From the sequence record NZ_CP069398.1: DNA of 64,000 nucleotides. The stretch is one strand, 5' to 3'. Below are positions 20,271-28,860 of this stretch, piece after piece. Within the stretch, counting starts at the first letter, position 1. Each line of letters opens with the position of its first letter. The notes beneath the pieces are model-generated. The model was not told the DNA's origin, did not search any database, and saw nothing but the letters and a program-made list of their open reading frames with translations. This DNA comes from a plasmid. The position numbers and the translations under genes were made by a program.

Positions 20271-20447
20271 AAAGACACTTCCTTAAATTTACATAACCTT
20301 GGGAGGTATACAAGGCAAAAAATAAAATGCTTACCTTTTCCTATAATTAAAAATTTAATTATAGGAAGGGAGCATTCTAATCTGTTTTGAATAAGATCCA
20401 GTTAATTAATAACCTTTGTAATTCAAAAGATAAATAGAGTTGCTAAA

Positions 20448-20630
20448 TTAAGAAGAAGATTTACAACAACCAATCTTTTTCTTACTACCGTCACGACAAA
20501 TTTGATATTTCACTGGCGTTGGCTTTAAAATACCAGAACAACTAGTGAAAAATTCGTCCTCACACACCGTTGAACAAAAAGTATCTGCTTGAGTAGTTAC
20601 TCCAAGGCTTTTCATGAACTTTTGTAACAT
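20448..20630 (-). CDS. Small cysteine-rich peptide (60 aa, 6 Cys): candidate precursor of a disulfide-rich secreted peptide or bacteriocin
   Basis: Strong RBS (AAAGGAGG, 8-nt spacer). Sequence MLQKFMKSLGVTTQADTFCSTVCEDEFFTSCSGILKPTPVKYQICRDGSKKKIGCCKSSS. It is the first gene of an operon with thioredoxins, a MauE-like protein and an ABC exporter. Confidence 0.5.
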   Translation of the reverse strand: MLQKFMKSLGVTTQADTFCSTVCEDEFFTSCSGILKPTPVKYQICRDGSKKKIGCCKSSS

Positions 20631-20758
20631 ATGTATAACCTCCTTTTTTTTACATTGTTTATTTTAACCATATTTTTCATATGTGTAAATAGAATTATTA
20701 AAATTTTCCTAAAAAAATGTCTATTATATCTAATTTGAACTTTCTGTTAATTAATCAA

Positions 20759-20807
20759 GGAGAAGACAGGAACCTTAGAGAAATTCTTTAAGGTTCCTGT
20801 CTTCTCC
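20759..20807. terminator. Long perfect hairpin (18-bp stem), bidirectional terminator or insulator upstream of the peptide operon
   Basis: ggagaagacaggaacctt-agagaaattcttt-aaggttcctgtcttctcc. Lies between the 131-aa gene and the peptide operon promoter. Confidence 0.55.
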
Positions 20808-20832
20808 TTGTATTTATCTGACTTAAACCAGC

Positions 20833-21228
20833 TTAGACTTCTTTAAGAAATGGGCTACTAATTATTGTATATCTCCGAGCGAACTTTTTATAAGAAATCT
20901 CTGTATAATGATTTCCTTTTTGAAGAGTAAGAGTTTTATGTTTTAGATCTTTCTCCGTTAGTTTATATCCTTTTTCTTTCATCATACTGATATATGTATC
21001 TAGATGCCCTTTAGGTACTAAGTATAAGATATTATTATCTACATCTGATGTTTCTGCGATCTCCTTCTTATTGAATTCTAACTGATAAATAGCTTTTACA
21101 TTTGCGATTGGCCTATTGTCCCCAAATATAGATTGCCAATTAATAAATATAATTACTAATAAAACAATCATTACTAATATAAACCCAAGAGTAAATTTAA
21201 AAATTCTATACATTAAGACTTCCTCCAA
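20833..21228 (-). CDS. Hypothetical membrane-anchored protein (131 aa)
   Basis: N-terminal TM helix, no motifs. Confidence 0.4.
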   Translation of the reverse strand: MEEVLMYRIFKFTLGFILVMIVLLVIIFINWQSIFGDNRPIANVKAIYQLEFNKKEIAETSDVDNNILYLVPKGHLDTYISMMKEKGYKLTEKDLKHKTLTLQKGNHYTEISYKKFARRYTIISSPFLKEV

Positions 21229-21409
21229 ATATAATTTAAATCAATACCTTATTTTACAACAATATCATATTTTATAATTTCTTGGAATTCAAAGAGAGGA
21301 TGTTAAATTATTGAAAATTTCGCAAATAAAAAACAACCTTTATCCTTTTGAATGAACATAGGTTGTTTAAACTTATGAGTTGTTATTTTATAAATCCAAA
21401 TAAATGTAA

Positions 21410-22006
21410 TTAGTAATTGTATAATACTGTTCCTTGCTTTAAAGATACTGTTCCTGAACCAAGGTTGACTAATTTAATTTTGTAAGACTTACCTTTCGGA
21501 AGGATACCATACTTCTCGAAATTAACACTTCTCCAACCAGCACCCTTAGCTGTTACACCTTTTCCGTAGTATTTACCTGCACTATCATAAACTCTAACTT
21601 CAAGGCTCTGCCCCGATGAATTTTCCATATCGATACACGCTAAATTCTTAAAGGTAGTGCCATCTTTTACCCATTTAGATGTTTTAAAAGTATATTTCCC
21701 AAAATCAACCCCAGTATATTTACCGTAAGGGTAGGACTTGCCCGCAGCTTCTATTTGAGCTTCCACCGAAGTTGACATGCTTTGTTTAGATTGTGAATTC
21801 TCCATCAAGGATTTAATAGCATATTCATAGCTTTCAAAATTAATTTCTTGATCTAGTTCATCATTACTTATTTCACTGTCATCAATTTCTTCGCTTCCAT
21901 CAGCGAGGGCAGTATTACTTACACTAAAGAGCGTAGCTGCACTAAAAGCTGTAACAACTAATTTTTTAATAAAACCTGAATTATTCATACCTTCGGTATG
22001 AGTCAT
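21410..22006 (-). CDS. Hypothetical secreted protein (signal peptide, beta-rich)
   Basis: N-terminal signal peptide KKLVVTAFSAATLFSVSNTALA. G/K/Y-rich C-terminal region. Confidence 0.45.
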   Translation of the reverse strand: MTHTEGMNNSGFIKKLVVTAFSAATLFSVSNTALADGSEEIDDSEISNDELDQEINFESYEYAIKSLMENSQSKQSMSTSVEAQIEAAGKSYPYGKYTGVDFGKYTFKTSKWVKDGTTFKNLACIDMENSSGQSLEVRVYDSAGKYYGKGVTAKGAGWRSVNFEKYGILPKGKSYKIKLVNLGSGTVSLKQGTVLYNY

Positions 22007-22075
22007 GATTTAGTCGAAAATTAATTACTTTTCTATTCTTTTGAAAAATAATTGATCATCCCAATGTTTAAAAGC

Positions 22076-23637
22076 AGTGTTTCTAAAATTAGTTTCTTAA
22101 CATGGCTGTTTTTAGACAGACTACTCCCTTGAAATAAAAATTGCTTTTTAAATTAAACCAATAAGTTCGTTATTCTATCTTCAATTTATGAATTCGGCTA
22201 AGCACTTTCCAAAAGAATTCTTGATAAACGAAACTTGAAGATAATTTAAAGTAAAGGGATCGCCCTGACTTTACCAATTTACTAGCCACTTTAATGATCC
22301 TAGTACGTATGGTCTCTATTTGCATGTTCTTTTGTTCTTTTGGAAAGGAAAGGGTCCGCAGCCAATTTGTTAAGTTATAGGCTAGAAGACTTACCAACAT
22401 CTTTACTTCATTCACTTGGAATGCGTGGCTATTCATTCTATCTAAATTGAACCCATTTTTGGCTTCTTTGATGTAGTTCTCCATCGTCCCCCTTTTTTGA
22501 TAAGCAAGGACGATGTCCTTTGTAGAAAAGGCATCTACTAAATTGGTTACAAAGAACGAATGGATAAAAAACAGTTCATTCGCTGGGCGTACAGATTTAA
22601 CAATTACTTTTCTTGGTTTGGCCCATGATTTCGCTTGATAAATAGTTTCTTCAAAGTAGCATTCAGTTTTTGTAACATCAGATGGCATTGATGAAGGATG
22701 GAGTTCTTCTGCAATCCTCTGTAGATTAGCATTAGATTTTAGGCGGATGACAAAGTAAACCGATTCTTTGTCGCACAAATCATATAATGCAGGAACAGCA
22801 AAGCCACTGTCTCCACGAACAAACAATGTAGTCGCTGGGAATTTATCATTATAATGTTCAATCAGTGGTTGTATGAATTCTACTACACCAGTAGAGGTAT
22901 ACACATTTCCAGGACGTAGTTTAGCTTTAAGAAAATCGCCTGTTACGCCATCAAAGGCAACTAATGGATGGAAACCAACCGTTCCATAATGGGAATTAAA
23001 AGCCGCCTCTTCTTGATTGCCATAGGTGTCTGAATGAGTAGAATCCAGGTCAAAGATGAGTGCTTTCGGGAGTCCTTGGGACTCTCTGAATTTATGTACT
23101 TTATCCAGTAGTTCTTGATTGGCATGTTCCAATTGTAGGATTGACTGTTGATCAAACCGTCTAAAAAAACGGGATAAACTTGGCTGGGAAGCTAACGCAT
23201 CTGTTCCAAGAACTTGGGTAAACACCGGATCTTGTGTTAATTGATCTGCAGCGTCATCTTCAGAATACCCGGCAATTAGTTGATAAATCTTTTGCCGAAG
23301 TAAATTTTCATTTGAATGAATAAAGTAAGCCCTTGTGTCTTTCAAACTTAGATGGGTAGCTAAGGTCTTTGAAAAACCGAGTTTTTCATCGAATTCTCGA
23401 AAGATGAATTCACCTGTATCAGAGGAAAGAGAACCTCCATCATTTGATACTTTAATCTTACGATTGAAATTTAGAGTTAATTGCGGTAAAGTAGCCATTA
23501 AAAGAATCCTTTCTGATGGTTATTTCGTGGGTGTTTTAACCTTATCAGAAATGGATTCTTTTTTCATTTATTTCGTGCATATTCAAATTCAAAAAAAGTG
23601 TATGAAATAAGTCATATCAGCCTATTTTAGAAAAACT
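22076..23637 (-). mobile_element. Insertion sequence, IS1380/IS4-superfamily. Boundaries are approximate.
   Basis: A single DDE transposase gene flanked by imperfect 17-bp inverted repeats (AGTGTTTCTAAAATTAG vs reverse complement AGTTTTTCTAAAATAGG, 14/17 identical). No clean target-site duplication was found, so the ends are uncertain. Confidence 0.45.
22170..23498 (-). CDS. DDE transposase, IS1380-family-like (IS4 superfamily)
   Basis: 442 aa. Motif DLDSTHSDTYGNQEEAAFNSHYGTVGFHPL resembles the IS1380-family D-x-D-S-T...Y-G-x-Q-E...H-P-L block. Downstream D (VRGDSGFA) and E (MENYIKEAKNGFNLD) residues are present. Confidence 0.65.
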   Translation of the reverse strand: MATLPQLTLNFNRKIKVSNDGGSLSSDTGEFIFREFDEKLGFSKTLATHLSLKDTRAYFIHSNENLLRQKIYQLIAGYSEDDAADQLTQDPVFTQVLGTDALASQPSLSRFFRRFDQQSILQLEHANQELLDKVHKFRESQGLPKALIFDLDSTHSDTYGNQEEAAFNSHYGTVGFHPLVAFDGVTGDFLKAKLRPGNVYTSTGVVEFIQPLIEHYNDKFPATTLFVRGDSGFAVPALYDLCDKESVYFVIRLKSNANLQRIAEELHPSSMPSDVTKTECYFEETIYQAKSWAKPRKVIVKSVRPANELFFIHSFFVTNLVDAFSTKDIVLAYQKRGTMENYIKEAKNGFNLDRMNSHAFQVNEVKMLVSLLAYNLTNWLRTLSFPKEQKNMQIETIRTRIIKVASKLVKSGRSLYFKLSSSFVYQEFFWKVLSRIHKLKIE

Positions 23638-24144
23638 ATGAATAATTCAGGTAAAAGATTTTTTCACCATAAAGATTAACCTCTCTCCATACTATAAATT
23701 GGTAATTTATAAAACAACAGCTTGAATAGTAATATAATAATCATATTTTGTCAAATTTTTTAAAAAATAGAAATAAAATAATTATAATTAAATAGTTTTC
23801 AAAGCACGAATACTTTCTTTATATTCAATTTCCAATAATTGTTTATTTTTTAGACTAAAATATATAAATGGAGCGATCTGCATCAACTGCGGTCAGGAAA
23901 TTTGGACGATTGGCAGTGCAGTCGCTTATCAGGGATGTTTTTCGTGTTTAACTGGGGAGGCGGATTCCTCGGAAGACTATGAGATCGATGAGGTGTGTTG
24001 GTCATAGATTAAAAAATACCTGTTTGGGCTCCAAATAATAATAAAAAAATACCCTAAAGGAGTTAATTGAAGAAATTTCTATGCTTAGGCAAGATTTATA
24101 AATACATTAATTAAAGCCTGCTTATCGCTACGTTGAAATTGTCT

Positions 24145-24182
24145 AACCCCCATCATACTACTGTATGACGGGGGTTTTTTGT
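24145..24182 (+). terminator. Rho-independent terminator ending a short plus-strand transcript (23.87-24.14 kb) with no long ORF
   Basis: aaccccc-atcatactactgtatga-cgggggtttttt. Confidence 0.6.
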
Positions 24183-24519
24183 CTACTACAGTGCAACGCT
24201 GAAGAGTTATTCTTCAATCAAAAACACATGACGTATTCCATTAGCATCTAACGATTACCTACTGCGGTACATTTTCTTTTTTATTTCTAGAAGTAAACAG
24301 GCAATCTTGCTGCTTTAGATACATAGTATCTAAAGAATCACTACTTCACTCATTAATCAGTATCTATTTGTTTAATGTTACCGCATTAATACAAGCTTTA
24401 TACGCCTAGGGAAGCCCTTCATGGAATCTGTAAGGGAGCTGAGCCGAAGAGGCGAAGGAAGCGACCGGATGTCTTGAGCTTACATAATCCATACATGAAA
24501 GGCGAAAAAAATAAAAAGA

Positions 24520-24837
24520 ATGAAAGTAGGTACCAACATGAGAAAAACACAATGGTTTAGCTTTCGAAACCTCTTTCATAAACCTTCTTTAACATCCTCA
24601 ATGAAACCTCGTCCTGTTAATGCTTATTCATTTGTTCCTTTCAGTCCATTCGTGATGCTTGATCCTACCATTCTCACCATAGGAGGCATTGTCTTAGCAG
24701 TAGCATTAATCGAATGGTTATTAGATCGATGGGGTGTGATGGATCTTGCCGATCAGTTTGAAAAAGTGATGCGCTTTATCTTGCCAGTCACCTTTTATGG
24801 AGCCTTATTTTACTTCTTTGCCACATTTATGTTTTAA
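24520..24837 (+). CDS. Small membrane protein preceding the FtsK-like gene (conjugative-element accessory protein)
   Basis: 105 aa with two C-terminal TM helices. A 12-bp gap separates it from the FtsK/SpoIIIE gene. Confidence 0.4.
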   Translation: MKVGTNMRKTQWFSFRNLFHKPSLTSSMKPRPVNAYSFVPFSPFVMLDPTILTIGGIVLAVALIEWLLDRWGVMDLADQFEKVMRFILPVTFYGALFYFFATFMF

Positions 24838-24848
24838 GGGGGATTTCG

Positions 24849-25982
24849 ATGTTTGAGAAACTAAAATTACGTGGCCAATTGATTAAAGCGTTTCGCACGG
24901 CAGAAATTTATCGAGTCATCAAGCGTGGAGACCGTACCTCGTATCAATTTCCAAAGATCCATCAGATTGATCATCAGCACACCTACACTCGGTATGCTTT
25001 TTCATTACTTAATGGCATTGATCCTGAACTCTTAAACAAAAAAAGATGGGCGTTACGGCAAGTATTAGGTAGCAACATTGAAGTGAATGGCAGCTTAAAG
25101 AATTTTAGTATTACCGTTCATCATAAGGGCTTGCCTAAGATGCTCGAATACAAATATGAAGCCATTCATGCTCACATTGAGAAAATGGAGCTTCCAGTAT
25201 GTATTGGTCAAGATATCTATGGAAACCCCGTTTCATGGGATTTTGCGGATTTAGAAACGTTACTGATTTCTGGCGAAATCGGTGCAGGAAAAAGTAGTCT
25301 CATGCGTGTCATCCTCACAACGTGGGTAAAGTACACCTCACCTTCCGATTTACGATTAGTGTTAGTGGATCTCAAAAGAGCTGATTTAGGCTTATTTCAT
25401 GGCATTGAACATGTGGATGCGCTTTGTTTTGAAGCGAAAGACATGCGAAAGCCTTTTGCCTTATTACGGTCTGAAATGTATCGACGAGGAGATTTATTGT
25501 TAGAGCATGGTGTGACGCATATTAGCCGGCTTCCTTTTAAGCTGCCTCGGATTGTCGTCGTTTTAGACGAGATGAGCATCATTAAGCGAGAAACGGAGCT
25601 TGTAGAGATGGTGCAGCAATTTGCAACTCAAGGTCGTGCGTTAGGCGTTCATACGATTATTGCGATGCAGCGTCCTGATGCTGATTTGTTGAACTCAGCA
25701 CTAAAGGCGAATTTACGTGTAAGGATCTCTGGAAGGCAAGCAGATGCCACCAATGCGAAAGTAGCCGGAGTGATCGGAGCAGAAGAAATCGATGCAGCAG
25801 CCAGGGGACGTATGAAAATTAAAATAGACGACGTTAAAGAGTTTCAAGCCTATTTCTTGGATGAAGGAGCTTGTAAGGAAATACTTTCACCATATAAAAC
25901 ACGGGTGAAAGATTCTGAGCCACAAATAGAGGTTGTGTCACAGCCTCTATTTGGATTATTAGAGAAGGAGGAACAACGATGA
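24849..25982 (+). CDS. FtsK/SpoIIIE-family DNA translocase (plasmid/ICE transfer ATPase, TcpA/TraB-like)
   Basis: Walker A GEIGAGKSS and Walker B VVVLDEMS. 377 aa, the short form typical of mobile-element FtsK homologs. Confidence 0.8.
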   Translation: MFEKLKLRGQLIKAFRTAEIYRVIKRGDRTSYQFPKIHQIDHQHTYTRYAFSLLNGIDPELLNKKRWALRQVLGSNIEVNGSLKNFSITVHHKGLPKMLEYKYEAIHAHIEKMELPVCIGQDIYGNPVSWDFADLETLLISGEIGAGKSSLMRVILTTWVKYTSPSDLRLVLVDLKRADLGLFHGIEHVDALCFEAKDMRKPFALLRSEMYRRGDLLLEHGVTHISRLPFKLPRIVVVLDEMSIIKRETELVEMVQQFATQGRALGVHTIIAMQRPDADLLNSALKANLRVRISGRQADATNAKVAGVIGAEEIDAAARGRMKIKIDDVKEFQAYFLDEGACKEILSPYKTRVKDSEPQIEVVSQPLFGLLEKEEQR

Positions 25983-26674
25983 GTTTTCGGTTATCTCAAC
26001 GTGATAAAGACATCATTGGGTTTATCAATCAGTTTCGAGCTGTGGATCGAGACTCATTAGTTGAACGGTTCTTTAAACAGCTTAAATCGCCTGTAAATGC
26101 GTGTAATAGCGTCATGGTACGTTTATACCGGTTAGGGCTTATCGAACGCACACAGCAGTATTCTCCAACGGTCTATTTGCCTGTAGATGCCAAGATTAAA
26201 AAGAACTCGCAAAAAATACTCCATTTCCTTTCAATTCTAGATGTCTATAAGCAAATGAGTTCGTATAGTACGCCTAAGAATGTCATTGTGGAAGATAAGC
26301 CGACTGGACGTAAAGGAGGCATTGAGCCAGATCTTTTTTGTATCTTTAAAGGATCTCCCTTCTGGATTGAAATTCAACGAAATCAGTATTCAGAACAAAA
26401 GATGGAACAAAAGATCAAGTTATATGAGGAGTTTCTCTTTTCTGACGAATGGAAAACGTTGCATTGGCAGCCAGAAGATCGAGCAGCTGTTTTTCCTTCC
26501 GTTATTCTTATTACACCTGTTCGGTATGCTGTTTCCTCAGATCACATCCGAATTATACAAGTGGCAAGCATACATGAACTCATGGAAAAATATAAGAGTC
26601 CTACTAAGCAGCAAAGAGGGGCAAAAACAAAGGTAAGCCCTTCTTCTGGAGAAATTAAAATCAATCTAACATAA
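25979..26674 (+). CDS. Replication-relaxation family protein (Replic_Relax-like)
   Basis: Overlaps the FtsK-like gene by 4 nt. The N-terminal LSQRDKDIIGFINQFRAVDRDSLVERFF is characteristic of this family, which is usually paired with FtsK/SpoIIIE on Firmicute plasmids and ICEs. Confidence 0.55.
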   Translation: MSFRLSQRDKDIIGFINQFRAVDRDSLVERFFKQLKSPVNACNSVMVRLYRLGLIERTQQYSPTVYLPVDAKIKKNSQKILHFLSILDVYKQMSSYSTPKNVIVEDKPTGRKGGIEPDLFCIFKGSPFWIEIQRNQYSEQKMEQKIKLYEEFLFSDEWKTLHWQPEDRAAVFPSVILITPVRYAVSSDHIRIIQVASIHELMEKYKSPTKQQRGAKTKVSPSSGEIKINLT

Positions 26675-26700
26675 ATAAGCACATCTGTTGGATGTGCTTT

Positions 26701-26934
26701 TTAAATATCAAAAAAATCTTCTGCTTTTGCATTGGGGTCAATCTTTCGTATTACCTTCATGATTTTTCCTATCGTTCTTGTTGTAGGTGAACGATCATTA
26801 CTGTTTGCTAAATCTCCTATTGTATTTCTCCCTAATCCTGACTGTCTTACAAGCCATTCTTGGTCTATTTTATGCTTATCTAAAAATTTCCCTAGCTTGC
26901 TACGCTTTTTTCTAGAACCGAACAAGGTTTTCAC
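26701..26934 (-). CDS. XRE-family HTH DNA-binding protein
   Basis: 77 aa. HTH segment QEWLVRQSGLGRNTIGDLANS. Confidence 0.6.
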   Translation of the reverse strand: MKTLFGSRKKRSKLGKFLDKHKIDQEWLVRQSGLGRNTIGDLANSNDRSPTTRTIGKIMKVIRKIDPNAKAEDFFDI

Positions 26935-27339
26935 GCTCCAATACTTTTTATGTTCTAGTTATGACCAGTTTCACTAAAAATAAACCCCTATATATAGGGA
27001 ATACCGGACAAGCAGCGCTCATATCATTTATTAAGACTTCATTTTAAAACATCAAGAATAGAGTCGAAAAAGTGTCTTTTTAACGTTGGAAGGAAATTAA
27101 AAGTCTAAAAATCCAAGAAGCGCGTGTAGACCAACAGTACGGTATCATTCTGTGTATCATACATATATAGATAGCCTTTTCAGATTACTAAGTTAGACCG
27201 AAATCAAATTATAAGATGTTTGCTGGCGTCAAATTGAATAATGTCGATATTTTTGTCATAAACATATAGCATGAATACAGCTAAGACCGCCTTATACACT
27301 AATACATAATGGGCGGTCTTTGTTGTAGGTATGCACAAA

Positions 27340-27397
27340 TAATAACTGACTTAAAAGGCATACGTTTTAAAACGTATGCCTTTTAAGTCAGTTATTA
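27340..27397. repeat. 58-bp perfect palindrome (29-bp arms, no spacer)
   Basis: taataactgacttaaaaggcatacgtttt | aaaacgtatgccttttaagtcagttatta. It is preceded at 27284..27321 by a second hairpin (aagaccgcc...ggcggtctt). Confidence 0.8.
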
Positions 27398-27573
27398 CAA
27401 GAATAAGATTGAAGAAAAAATACCATAGATTATGCAAATGGGGTTCGTCAAAAGTTATTTTATCAAAAAATGTGAAAACACTAAATATGGAAATATAATC
27501 AATTGAATGGTTTTATTTGGAATTAACTAGGAATTTAGTTTTGATTATAGATGGTGGTGGGAGATCCCGTTAT

Positions 27574-28395
27574 TTATTGAAGTGAAGCAATAGCTACCGA
27601 TAACACAACTAATAAATCAAATACTGCGTGTTCCGTATAGGTAGCAAATAAGTTCTTGGTTTTTGCATACAAAAGAATTTTAATCATACTAGGTAGCCCA
27701 ATGACAAGTAAGCACTGAATTACATTGAAGTCGTAAGATGATAAATGACTTAAACCAAATACTAAGCATGCGAATAGACCAGAGAAGATAAAAGATGTAT
27801 AGTATGCTGGTTTTTTTTGTTTAGTGAAAATAGATAACATCAAAAAGAAAGCTGAAAAGAATAAGAATTCTTCACCAAAAAGGGAAACTAGAAAGGCAAA
27901 CATATGTTTAAATGAAAGATTAACTATTCCTGCATTTGTTGCTGTATCAATCTGCAATACAGCATTAACAAAAGTAACTGAAGCCCAAGAAACAATTATA
28001 GAAACGCCAGCAACTTTTACAGATACTAATAACTGTTTGATATTCATTTTTCTTAGATAAATGAAAAATTTATCTTTAAATAGTAAATAAAACAATGCTA
28101 ATTGTGGCAACGTATAGACAATTGCAGTGCAAGAAGATTGTAAGACTTCATTGCTCTTAAAAAGTAATAAAGACCAGTTACTAAATACATTTTCTATATA
28201 GAGAAGCATCCATGAAACTGAAAACAAAAACTGAATCAAATACTTATATGTAGGTGTGTATTTGACATTAACGAATGACAACACAATGTTGTTAAAAAGT
28301 TCTTGCTTGTTTCGTTCAATACGTTCTTTGTCTGTCTCCTTGTCTTTTTTTTGCTTAGAAGAAATTACAATGCTCATAAATAACTCTCCCTTCAC
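27574..28395 (-). CDS. CPBP-family (CAAX protease/Abi-like) intramembrane protein, possible bacteriocin-immunity type
   Basis: Polytopic. Motifs EEFLFF (motif 1 lacks the Arg), FGLSH (FxxxH) and HAVFD (HxxxD). Confidence 0.45.
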   Translation of the reverse strand: MKGELFMSIVISSKQKKDKETDKERIERNKQELFNNIVLSFVNVKYTPTYKYLIQFLFSVSWMLLYIENVFSNWSLLLFKSNEVLQSSCTAIVYTLPQLALFYLLFKDKFFIYLRKMNIKQLLVSVKVAGVSIIVSWASVTFVNAVLQIDTATNAGIVNLSFKHMFAFLVSLFGEEFLFFSAFFLMLSIFTKQKKPAYYTSFIFSGLFACLVFGLSHLSSYDFNVIQCLLVIGLPSMIKILLYAKTKNLFATYTEHAVFDLLVVLSVAIASLQ

Positions 28396-28467
28396 GTGTT
28401 ATTATATATAGAATAACATTGCCAAAAAAACATTTGTATACTTTTTCCAATAACCTTAAAGGTTTAT

Positions 28468-28737
28468 TTGAACAGGCTTAAGCCTGTTTGTATATTTAAT
28501 GGGGGTGTTGAAATAAAGATTATCTTTATTGGTTTCATATGTAGTCTTTGCTTAGCATTAGCATGGGAAAGCTTTCGTAAAATGGTTTTCACCGTACATC
28601 AATTAGAATCGATAGACCTGCATACAGATAAAAAACTAGCGCGAATTTTAAAGAGAAAAATCAACATGTACCGTTTTTTTTATTCATTTATAGGTGTAAT
28701 TGTAATTTTGATTTTATTTTCTGCATTCGGTCCCTAA
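28468..28737 (+). CDS. Small membrane protein, hypothetical
   Basis: 89 aa with two TM helices. Confidence 0.3.
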   Translation: MNRLKPVCIFNGGVEIKIIFIGFICSLCLALAWESFRKMVFTVHQLESIDLHTDKKLARILKRKINMYRFFYSFIGVIVILILFSAFGP

Positions 28738-28860
28738 AGAGACTTTTTAAATTGCATCGAATGAAGAGTTATACGTAAAATAAAAGTTAATTTCGTCAGA
28801 GAGCGTTTCTCAGTCAAAAAAAGAAGTACCAAATTAGTTGGTCACTTCTTTTTCTACATA

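Noticed and set aside
23870-24000. Local GC-rich patches at 23.88-24.0 kb and 24.40-24.48 kb as an rRNA/tRNA fragment or known riboswitch
   Set aside because: No tRNA cloverleaf or rRNA-like conserved blocks could be recognised by eye. Left as unexplained noncoding sequence upstream of the FtsK module.
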